Shown here piece by piece: positions 33,767 to 41,755 of a stretch of DNA of 64,000 nt. The stretch's first letter is position 1. Every line of letters begins with the position of its first letter. Both the position numbers and the translations under genes were made by a program. Below the pieces are notes generated by a model. That model had not been told where the DNA came from. It saw only the letters and a program-made list of their open reading frames with translations, and ran no database searches. The DNA comes from an uncultured Candidatus Saccharibacteria bacterium (GTDB lineage: Bacteria; Patescibacteriota; Saccharimonadia; Saccharimonadales; JACDBH01). The stretch is taken from positions 67,075 through 131,074 of the forward strand of contig CAZXYN010000002.1 of the NCBI GenBank assembly GCA_964644965.1, read 5' to 3'.

Positions 33767-35965
33767 ATGAACCTAGAAGGATTTCTTTTACTCTGTATAT
33801 CTGTGCCGAACATTGCGCTTGGTGCGTTAATTTTGTTGCGGAACACATCCGATAAATCAAATGTGTTTTTTGCACTATTTGCCTTTGCTGCCGGTCTATG
33901 GACACTTGGGCTCGCTGGCTTTGAGTTCGCAGATAGTGATACGACTGCCCTACGCTGGGCGCAGCTTTATTACCTGGCAGCAGCAATTATTCCACTGGCT
34001 TTTGCAGGTTTTAGCTTGTTTTTTACTGGGGTGGTCAAAAAAATAAAACCAGTTCACATTTGGCTTGCTATGCCGACACTGTTGATATCTACAATGATAC
34101 TGTTTTTCCCCGAGTTACTCGGTGATCAAATTGTCTACAGAGATTGGGGCAAGGAAGTAATTCTGAACTGGGTCGGCTATAGCCTTTATACGATTTACTT
34201 TGTGGTTCTTACTCTATTTGCCTTCATTGTACTAGTGCGTGGTTATATTGGCTCGTCTGGTCTAAAACGCTACTACTACCAATATTTGTTCTCTGGGTTT
34301 GTCCTAGCTTTTGGTGTTGGTATGCTGTTTAACCTAATTTTGCCTGCATTTGGAAATTATCAATACATTTGGGTTGGACCACTGTCTACATTGTTTTATA
34401 CAAGCTTTGTCACTTATGCAATTGTCAAACACCGGTTATTTGATATCAAGCTAGTTATAGCCCGTTCCGTGGCTTATGCCTTATCTATTGCCTCCTTAAT
34501 CATTACCTATTCTTTGCTCTCGTTTTTTGTGCTCAGTAGGTTTACAGAAATAGATATCAACAGATCATCTGAAAGCTATTGGCTCAATATTGGATTACTA
34601 GTGCTCGTGGCGGCAACTTTCCCCTATATCAAGCACTTTTTTGATCGAATAACCAACAAAATATTCTACCGGGACACTTATGAAACGTCAGCTTTTCTAG
34701 ATAAGTTGAACCAGGTGCTTATATCAGAGGTCAGCCTGAACACCCTGCTAGTTCATAGCGCAACCACTATAGCTGAAAACTTAAAATCAGAGTTTGGTCA
34801 GTTTGCTGTAGGTGTCAGTGATAAGCAAGAATGGCGGTATGCCGGTACCCATCACTCGAAAAAACTAGAAGCACTCACGACAGAGTCGAAACAAGCAAAA
34901 CTGCAAGAATTGCCGTGGAAAGTAGTCATCACTGATCAGTTAGATGATAGGTACCAGTCGCTAAAGAAAATTCTACAGAACAACAATGTAGCAATTTTAA
35001 TCCAACTTGCAGTGCATCCAGACGATAAATCAAAAAATACCAGTATGCTTGCCCTGGGGCCACGCAAAAGTGGCAATCCCTACAGCAAACAAGATATTCG
35101 GTTGCTAGAGATTATTACAAGTGAGCTAGTGATTGCAATCGAGAACTCGCTTAGATATGAGGAAATCGCAAAATTCAACGAAACGCTAAAAGGCGAAGTT
35201 GATGATGCGACAAAACAGCTCAGGCGGACAAACGAGAAACTCAAGGCGATGGATGAGACCAAGGATGAGTTCATCAGCATGGCCAGTCATCAGCTGCGTA
35301 CGCCGTTGACTAGTGTTAAGGGCTATCTGAGTATGGTGATAGAGGGCGATGCAGGGGAACTGAACGAGCAGCAGGAAAAGCTGCTCAAACAAGCGTTTTT
35401 TAGCTCGCAGCGGATGGTATATCTTATTTCTGACCTGCTCAACGTATCGCGGCTGCGGACAGGCAAATTCCTGATAGAGCCTTCAGAGACAAGTCTTCCC
35501 GACATTATCGAGGGCGAGCTGGATCAGCTACGCGAGACGGCCGAGGTACGTGGTCTGACACTCAAGTTTGATCGGCCAGACAACTTCCCGGTTGTTATGC
35601 TGGACGAGACCAAGATTCGCCAGGTCATCATGAACTTCCTAGACAACGCGATTTACTATTCGACAGCTGGCGGTGATGTGGTCGTAGAGCTTGAGAACAG
35701 ACCAAAGACAATCGAGCTGCGCATAATAGACAGCGGAATCGGTGTGCCAAGGTCTCAGCAACATCAGCTATTCAGCAAATTCTACCGGGCAGAGAACGCT
35801 AGGCGGGCTCGACCAGACGGTACCGGGCTAGGGCTATTCATGGCCAAGAAGGTTGTGATCGCTCACGGCGGAGCAATTATATTCAAGAGCGTAGAGGGCA
35901 GTGGAAGCACCTTTGGCTTCGTGTTCCCACGAAGCAAGGTCGAAGTACGAAGGACAAAGGACTAA
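33767..35965 (+). CDS. sensor histidine kinase with a polytopic (about 7-8 TM) N-terminal domain
   Basis: ORF track, 732 aa. H-box FISMASHQLRTPLTS, N-box NFLDNAIYYS, G-boxes DSGIGV and GTGLGL. Confidence 0.85.
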   Translation: MNLEGFLLLCISVPNIALGALILLRNTSDKSNVFFALFAFAAGLWTLGLAGFEFADSDTTALRWAQLYYLAAAIIPLAFAGFSLFFTGVVKKIKPVHIWLAMPTLLISTMILFFPELLGDQIVYRDWGKEVILNWVGYSLYTIYFVVLTLFAFIVLVRGYIGSSGLKRYYYQYLFSGFVLAFGVGMLFNLILPAFGNYQYIWVGPLSTLFYTSFVTYAIVKHRLFDIKLVIARSVAYALSIASLIITYSLLSFFVLSRFTEIDINRSSESYWLNIGLLVLVAATFPYIKHFFDRITNKIFYRDTYETSAFLDKLNQVLISEVSLNTLLVHSATTIAENLKSEFGQFAVGVSDKQEWRYAGTHHSKKLEALTTESKQAKLQELPWKVVITDQLDDRYQSLKKILQNNNVAILIQLAVHPDDKSKNTSMLALGPRKSGNPYSKQDIRLLEIITSELVIAIENSLRYEEIAKFNETLKGEVDDATKQLRRTNEKLKAMDETKDEFISMASHQLRTPLTSVKGYLSMVIEGDAGELNEQQEKLLKQAFFSSQRMVYLISDLLNVSRLRTGKFLIEPSETSLPDIIEGELDQLRETAEVRGLTLKFDRPDNFPVVMLDETKIRQVIMNFLDNAIYYSTAGGDVVVELENRPKTIELRIIDSGIGVPRSQQHQLFSKFYRAENARRARPDGTGLGLFMAKKVVIAHGGAIIFKSVEGSGSTFGFVFPRSKVEVRRTKD

Positions 35966-36306
35966 GTGCCAGGCGGTTTGGTTTTATTTGTGATTGTCTG
36001 GAGTATCGCAAGTAACTCGCCGCACTCTTTCTGTAGCACAGCCAACCGTTTTGTTGCCTTTAACGCACTTAACAGTCGCAACCAGTATGCAGTCTCAGCG
36101 CATTCTTTTTTTGCGATGAATACCTTAGCGCGGAAATCATTCTTGGATATTGCCATTTGAGCTTCCGTGTAGTTGGCGCCGATGCTGGTAGCAGACCGGA
36201 TTAACTGGCCAACCATTGGTCTGGCAACCACATCAAGTTTTATAGACTTGCAATACATCAGCACGTCTATTGCAAAGGATTCACAACGTCCGCTCAGCTC
36301 ATTCAT
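35962..36306 (-). CDS. four-helix-bundle protein (23S rRNA intervening-sequence protein family)
   Basis: ORF track, 114 aa. RSATSIGANYTEAQ...SKNDFRAKVFIAKKECAETAYWLRLL is the family signature. Confidence 0.75.
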   Translation of the reverse strand: MNELSGRCESFAIDVLMYCKSIKLDVVARPMVGQLIRSATSIGANYTEAQMAISKNDFRAKVFIAKKECAETAYWLRLLSALKATKRLAVLQKECGELLAILQTITNKTKPPGT

Positions 36307-36437
36307 ATACAGAATCTAGCACTTAATCTCCCATAAAACAAAAGCGGCATATCGGGACTTATCTCGTCCTTAGAACTTCGAACTTAGTCCTTGCTACATC
36401 TTGTTTGTAAAGCATAAACAAAATGTGGCATAAAGTA

Positions 36438-36466
36438 TTGACTTTTATGCACTCATGTGGTAGTAT
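36438..36466 (+). promoter_or_regulatory. strong sigma70-like promoter
   Basis: TTGACT, 17 nt, TGGTAGTAT (extended -10). AT-rich context like the rest of the genome. Coordinates corrected against ORFs 35962..36306 and 36888..37829. Confidence 0.55.
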
Positions 36467-36472
36467 ATATAC

Positions 36473-36567
36473 ATCATCTCACGTGGGTGGAAAATCCTTC
36501 GGTGGTAGGTGAGAACAGGGAGACAATCAAAACAGTTTCAGGAGCACTTAGTTTAAGTGCTTTTCTT
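36473..36567 (+). ncRNA. candidate ~95 nt small RNA or terminator-type leader (attenuator/riboswitch-like)
   Basis: It follows the promoter directly. CTCAC...GTGAG closing helix around GGTGGAAAATCCTTCGGTGG, then AGCACTTA-GTT-TAAGTGCT plus TTTTCTT (an intrinsic terminator). I recognise no known riboswitch consensus. Confidence 0.35.
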
Positions 36568-37040
36568 GCTGTTTGTTACCCCTGAAAGCAGCCGTATTAG
36601 ATTATGGCTACAACCTTAACAAGTCGGATCATTACAGTTCATTTCTTAATCTTGGGCTGTGAGAGTGCAGATTTTTACCCCTGTTATCAGTAACTAGTAT
36701 TAGATGGCTAGTGACTTAAGATATGACTAGCGTGTGGCGCTAGCGTACAGAGGTAGTAATCTGCGCTTGAGCAGTGTTGAGCTAGTACGGGTTGAGACCA
36801 TCAGGTCTTCCCAGTTTGCTCCACGTACCAAGAGCAGAAATGACTACATTTAGAGTCTTTAACTAGACTCCACACTTTTTAGGTTAATCACCTTAGTTGT
36901 ACAGAACACATGACTACTTCTTTTCCCGCGGGAGCAGCACATTGCAGACAGACCTGTCTGTAGCGTGTTGTTCCCAACAGGGGGAGCAGCTTTGGCTTCG
37001 GCCAAATCAATTTCCCCTTTGAGGGAAAGGAGTGGTAGAA

Positions 37041-37868
37041 ATGTCGGAGATGGACGCGTTCAAGCGAATGCTCGACAACCATGTCGAGCAGACCGCTCAG
37101 CAGTTCAATACGAAGCTCGATGAGCTTCGTATCAAGATCGACGAGCTCACCGAGCTCAAGGCGCGACTCGAGGACCACACCAAGGGTCTCGGCCGTGCCA
37201 CCATCGAGCGTCGTGCGATCGTCGATCGCATCGACAAGCTCGAGGAGCGAATCGGTGTCCTCGTGGATCGCCAGGGACGACTCAAGTCCCGCGTGACCAA
37301 CCTCGGCGAGTTCATCACCGACACCCAGATGTCGGCGATCAACACCGAGCTCGGTCGCCTCAACCGCCAGGCCGAGGTCTACGCGTCGGACGCGCAGGCA
37401 GAGATCAGCCGTCTCGACGGTCGGATCGACATCCTGTCCTCGGCTCACGAGTCGACCGCTTCGCGTGTCGATGAAGTGCAGTACCGCATGGACAGCGATG
37501 ACACCGCAGTCGAGGTCCAGGGCTTCGTCAACAACACCGCCAGGTGGGGCATCGCTCTCATCTGTGGCGTGCTGATGGCGATCATCGCCGGCCTCGCGAC
37601 CGATGCCATGTTCGATGACTGGACGACCTTCAGGTCGGTCGGTTTCGGGCTTCTCATCGGTCTGGCCGTGATGTTCCTCATCGCATCCTTCGAGACCAGC
37701 ACGGTCGAGGGCAAGGGCAAGATCAAGTGGGCGACGCGCAAGCAGACCCCCGAGCTCGAGTCTCCCAAGGCAGAGCCGATCGATGTTCCCGCCGACGACA
37801 CGGCCGCCATCGTTGTGGACCCGATCCACGTCGAGCCGGTCACGGTCGTACCAGTGCAGGTCAAGTAG
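37041..37868 (+). CDS. coiled-coil protein with two C-terminal TM helices, GC-rich (foreign-looking) gene
   Basis: ORF track 37032..37868; I prefer the ATG at 37041 (GGAAAGGAG about 8 nt upstream). Long heptad-like N-terminus (LDELRIKIDELTELKARLEDH...) and TM pair WGIALICGVLMAIIAGL / VGFGLLIGLAVMFLIASF. I counted 17 of the first 20 codons ending in G/C. Confidence 0.7.
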   Translation: MSEMDAFKRMLDNHVEQTAQQFNTKLDELRIKIDELTELKARLEDHTKGLGRATIERRAIVDRIDKLEERIGVLVDRQGRLKSRVTNLGEFITDTQMSAINTELGRLNRQAEVYASDAQAEISRLDGRIDILSSAHESTASRVDEVQYRMDSDDTAVEVQGFVNNTARWGIALICGVLMAIIAGLATDAMFDDWTTFRSVGFGLLIGLAVMFLIASFETSTVEGKGKIKWATRKQTPELESPKAEPIDVPADDTAAIVVDPIHVEPVTVVPVQVK

Positions 37869-38000
37869 GGCAGTACGAACAAGTCTGGGTGACTTCTAAC
37901 CCCCCGCTTAAGGTGCGGTGCGAGTAGAAACTTAGGCTCGAAAAGCCACGGTTCCTACATCCTTTCACAACCTTCGACTCACCTTGAAAGGGGTGATCCA

Positions 38001-39074
38001 ATGAAGACCAAGCTTAACAAGCGTCGTGCTGGAGCTTCGGCTCTCATCGTCGCAGCGCTCTTGCTCTTCACCCCTGTGGGTGAGGAGATTCTCGGCAGCA
38101 GGGCTGTCGTGGAGGCGTCCGGTGAAGGCAGTGGATGTACCGAGCAGGTGCACTTCTACACGGAGGACATCGATCAGAACTTCTTCGGCCCAGCCGTCGA
38201 AGCCAGTGTCGATCCCGCCGTGGAGGAGCTCAACGTTCGGTGGTGCGCGGATCCGGCCCTCGTGGTCGCCCACGCACACGTCATGGGTCTCAGCGGCTTC
38301 GCTGAGCTCAACGGTGACGATCAGCTCAGGGCCAAGGTCCGCGAGCTCATCGACAACAGGGACCTCTGGCTCGACACCATCGAGCAGCTGAAGTCCCTGG
38401 TGGAGGCCGACGACACCAACCTGTCCATCGCGACCATGAGCGGCTCGTACGAGACGCTCTACATGATCGCGCGGGATGGCGAAGTGCCGCTCGTCCGCAA
38501 GGCCGCTCCGGATCGTCCGGAGTTCCAGGTCCTGCGGGTGACGTTGGTGGACGGTAGGGTGTTCGATCTCAAGCTCGACTGTGGCTTCCAGCCTGTCGCG
38601 CAGGAGTTCCCGAACATCCCGCCCATGCCACCTGTGGTTCCGCCCACCACGCCGCCGACGACGGTGCCGCCGACGACCACGACGACCACGCAGGTGTGTC
38701 CTCCGGACATGCCGCATGGCACCTGGCCGATCTGTAAGGACGACCCGAGCGAGGACGTGCTCCTCAACCCGGATGTTCCTGATCAGGTCAAGGGCCCTGG
38801 CACCACCCCCCCGGGTGGCGATCCTGGTCCTGCAAGGCCACCGGTGGATTCCCCGACGGGATGCAATGGACCGTGTGACGAGGACGATGGCTTCCCGCCG
38901 ACGACCACGACCACGCGTCCGCCCAGCACCACGCCGCCGACGGTTCCGAGCTGCGGTCAGCAGGGTCAGCCCTCTTGTGGCAACACAGGAGTCACGCCCC
39001 CGACGACCATCCAGCCCCCGGCTCCGCCGCCGCCGAACAACCCGCCCAACAGCGGAACCATCCCCTCGCCGTAG
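38001..39074 (+). CDS. secreted protein with a Pro/Thr-rich, Cys-containing C-terminal tail, GC-rich (foreign-looking) gene
   Basis: ORF track, 357 aa. Signal-like KRRAGASALIVAALLLF and a globular middle. The tail has PPTTPPTTVPPTTTTTT, PPTTTTTRPPSTTPPTVP and PPAPPPPNNPPN runs. Confidence 0.7.
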   Translation: MKTKLNKRRAGASALIVAALLLFTPVGEEILGSRAVVEASGEGSGCTEQVHFYTEDIDQNFFGPAVEASVDPAVEELNVRWCADPALVVAHAHVMGLSGFAELNGDDQLRAKVRELIDNRDLWLDTIEQLKSLVEADDTNLSIATMSGSYETLYMIARDGEVPLVRKAAPDRPEFQVLRVTLVDGRVFDLKLDCGFQPVAQEFPNIPPMPPVVPPTTPPTTVPPTTTTTTQVCPPDMPHGTWPICKDDPSEDVLLNPDVPDQVKGPGTTPPGGDPGPARPPVDSPTGCNGPCDEDDGFPPTTTTTRPPSTTPPTVPSCGQQGQPSCGNTGVTPPTTIQPPAPPPPNNPPNSGTIPSP

Positions 39075-39403
39075 GGCTAGCTTCTTACTCCGTGTTCGCC
39101 TAGGCGAATGTGCTCATAACGGAGACGTTTCTGTTAAAGGTGATTGGTCGAAAGATCAAGTGTGTTTTCCGAAAGGAGAAATGTAGTCACACAGAGTGTG
39201 TGGTCTAGGAATTGGTTGATGATTGCTAACGCGATCGTCTTTATGCCCTACAGGCAACCAAATCCTAGATCACACCTCTTCACACCACACCAAAATGGAA
39301 AGTTAAAAGTTTTAAAGTACAAAGTTTGTGACCTGTAATGATCTGATTTGAAGAGGTAGAAGTGAAAAGAACCTTAACAATTATAATAAGCAAAAGCATA
39401 ATA

Positions 39404-39432
39404 TTGACAAAAGATAACCGTTGTGCTATAAT
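39404..39432 (+). promoter_or_regulatory. consensus sigma70 promoter ahead of a ~200 nt leader
   Basis: TTGACA (39404-39409), 17 nt, TGCTATAAT (-10 at 39427-39432). Confidence 0.6.
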
Positions 39433-39637
39433 TCAAAGTACAAGAGTATTTCCGTTAGGAAATGGTCTGGTGGAGACGAAGTCTACACAAGGGATTTCTT
39501 TAGAAATACCTCTTTGAATTTCCAATCCCATGAGGATTGATAATGAAATTATAGAGATATTTCTCTCTGACTTTACAATTTAGCGTACAGTTTTAGATAT
39601 TTTTTAAGTTTCTTTTCACTAATTTTAGGAGGTGAAT

Positions 39638-41176
39638 ATGAAGAAGTTATTTTCACGTTTGCCGAAGAAGATGATCGTTTCTGTTGCTACTGTTTCAGCA
39701 ATTGTTGGAATCGCTAGTATTGCAGGAGCTTGGTCACCTGAACGGCCTACATACACGATTGAGAATCCTGCTGACCATGTCACATTTAACTCAATCACAA
39801 ACAACCCGAACTACGGTGACGAGCGTACTTTCTTTGATGTAAAGGACGCTACTAACACCGCCCAAGGCGGTTTCGTAGATCGACAGAACGTATCAACTAG
39901 CAGCGACGAACTGTTGCTACGAGTTTACGTTCACAACAACGCTGCAAGTAGCCTTAACGCTTCGGGCGAAGGTATTGCACGTAACACACAGGTTCGCATC
40001 CACTTGCCAACCGCAACAGATGACGCACTTCGTGCAAACGCTTACATCAGTGCAGATAATGCAACTCCTGCAGTTGTATCTGACACAGTTGATTTCGTAG
40101 GTAGCTCAGACTTTAGTCTCGAATACGTTCCTGGCTCTGCAGTTGCTTACACCAACGCTGTTCCAAGTGGTATGCCACTAAATGACAGCATTGTCACTAC
40201 CGGTGCACACATCGGTTACGACCAAGCTAATGGTAACTACCCTGGCTGTTTCGAATATACATCTATCGTTACAATCAAGGTTAAAGTTGTTAAGCCAAGC
40301 TACAAAGTTGAAAAAAGCGTTCGTTTGGAAGGTCAAACTTCTAACGACTGGAAAGAAAATGTAACTGTTGATCCTGGTACAAACGTTGAATGGCGTGTTG
40401 CCTTCACGAACACAGGTACTACTCAACTCAAAGATGTTGTAGTACTTGATCAGGTTCCAGCGGGCCTTACTGTTGTTCCTGGTAGCGTTAAGCTCTACAA
40501 CAGCAATAACCCAAATGGTTACACCTACCCAGATAGCGCAGTTCAGAACAACGGACGCCAAGTGAATGTAAACATTGGTACCTACAACCCAGGTTCAAAC
40601 GCTTTTGTTCTCTTCAAGACGAAGACTCCATCAGCCGAAGAACTTGAGTGTGGTAAGAAGTCTTACATGAACATTGCTTACGCAACACCTAAGGATTCTG
40701 GCACAGTTAACGATGGTGCATCTGTAAAAGTTGACACCAAAGAAGACTGTGAAGAGCCAGAAGAACCAGCTTACGCATGTGACTTAGTTACTGTTACAAA
40801 GCTTGGTGACCGCAAGGTTCGTGTCACGACTGAAGCTACCGGTACTAACGGTGCAAGTGTCAAGCAATATCACTACAACTTTGGTGATGGCTCAGACGTA
40901 CTTGTTACAGACCAGAGCACAGTTGAGCACACATACGCAGCTGATGGTACATACGCTATTCGCGTAGACGTAACCTTCACTGTTAACGGCGTAGACAAGA
41001 CTGTTTCTAGCGAAAACTGTGAAGCGGTTGTTACATTCACTACTGATGTACCTCCAACTCCAGAAACACCAGAACTTCCAAAGACTGGTGCAGCAAGTCT
41101 AATCGGCTTGTTCACGATAGTTACATCTGCAGCAGCTATTGCACATAACGTGTTTAGCCGCCGCGCTGTACGCTAA
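39638..41176 (+). CDS. LPXTG-anchored surface protein with DUF11-like and PKD-like domains
   Basis: ORF track 39632..41176; I prefer the ATG at 39638 (AGGAGG 6 nt upstream). Signal peptide. VEWRVAFTNTGTTQLKDVVVLDQVPAGLTVVPGSVKL is DUF11-type. YNFGDGSDV...HTYAADGTYAIRVDV is PKD-like. The C-terminus is LPKTG, a hydrophobic helix, then RRAVR. Confidence 0.8.
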   Translation: MKKLFSRLPKKMIVSVATVSAIVGIASIAGAWSPERPTYTIENPADHVTFNSITNNPNYGDERTFFDVKDATNTAQGGFVDRQNVSTSSDELLLRVYVHNNAASSLNASGEGIARNTQVRIHLPTATDDALRANAYISADNATPAVVSDTVDFVGSSDFSLEYVPGSAVAYTNAVPSGMPLNDSIVTTGAHIGYDQANGNYPGCFEYTSIVTIKVKVVKPSYKVEKSVRLEGQTSNDWKENVTVDPGTNVEWRVAFTNTGTTQLKDVVVLDQVPAGLTVVPGSVKLYNSNNPNGYTYPDSAVQNNGRQVNVNIGTYNPGSNAFVLFKTKTPSAEELECGKKSYMNIAYATPKDSGTVNDGASVKVDTKEDCEEPEEPAYACDLVTVTKLGDRKVRVTTEATGTNGASVKQYHYNFGDGSDVLVTDQSTVEHTYAADGTYAIRVDVTFTVNGVDKTVSSENCEAVVTFTTDVPPTPETPELPKTGAASLIGLFTIVTSAAAIAHNVFSRRAVR

Positions 41177-41235
41177 AGCTAGGTTAGATCATAGAGATCA
41201 AGACTGACCGCTTTGACTCCTAGCCCGAGGTCACG

Positions 41236-41278
41236 AAAAACTCCCCGAAACTTGTTTCGACAAGTCAGGGGAGTTTTT
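41236..41278 (+). terminator. intrinsic terminator
   Basis: AAAAACTCCCC...GGGGAGTTTTT hairpin with a T-run. Confidence 0.65.
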
Positions 41279-41490
41279 CTATGCCTGCAAAGCTGTGGAT
41301 AAGCAGTAGCAAAATCAGGCGATTTATGCTATGGTGAAGACGTTCAAGGGCATCGTGACTGACCGCTCCAAAAACAAAAACTCATGCATCATCAATATCA
41401 ATCTGGACTGATTGTATCTGTTATGGTACAATTTTTTAGTTATTTTGGAGTGTTTTCACGCAAGTCTGTTTAGCTGCTTTCCTCGCTCAT

Positions 41491-41565
41491 GGTCCCGTCG
41501 TCTAACGGTTAGGACACCAGGTTTTCATCCTGGCAATCGGAGTTCGATTCTCCGCGGGATCACCA
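41491..41565 (+). tRNA. tRNA-Glu (anticodon TTC)
   Basis: GGTCCCG TC GTCT AACGGTTA GGAC A CCAGG TTTTCAT CCTGG CAATC GGAGT TCGATTC TCCGC? parsed by eye, with acceptor GGTCCCG/CGGGATC, A, CCA. Coordinates cross-checked against ORF 41412..41627. Terminator AGCGCCATC.../...GATGGCGCTTTTT follows. No flanking repeat element is present. Confidence 0.85.
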
Positions 41566-41755
41566 AAGAAAAAGCGTCATCAAAAGATGGCGCTTTTTCT
41601 ATTACCATCTTCCCAATCAAACCATAAGCGTATAAACTAAGAAGTAATGAATCCCGTCAGGCCTCACTTAATTTCCGTTTCTTGGTTAACGATTGAACAT
41701 GTATGCATGGTTCAGCCGTGCATTGGTAATAAAAAGTCTTTTGAGGTCTAACGGG

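Noticed and set aside
36888-39186. Long ORFs antisense to or overlapping the two GC-rich genes (36888..37829 minus, 313 aa; 37445..37882 minus; 37965..38717 minus, 250 aa; 38581..39186 plus, 201 aa; and others).
   Set aside because: They are Arg/Ser/Pro-rich and low-complexity, have no RBS, and occur only where GC is high. This is the standard stop-codon-poor artefact of GC-rich DNA. The sense-strand genes have RBSs, a signal peptide or TM helices, and strong G/C third-position bias.
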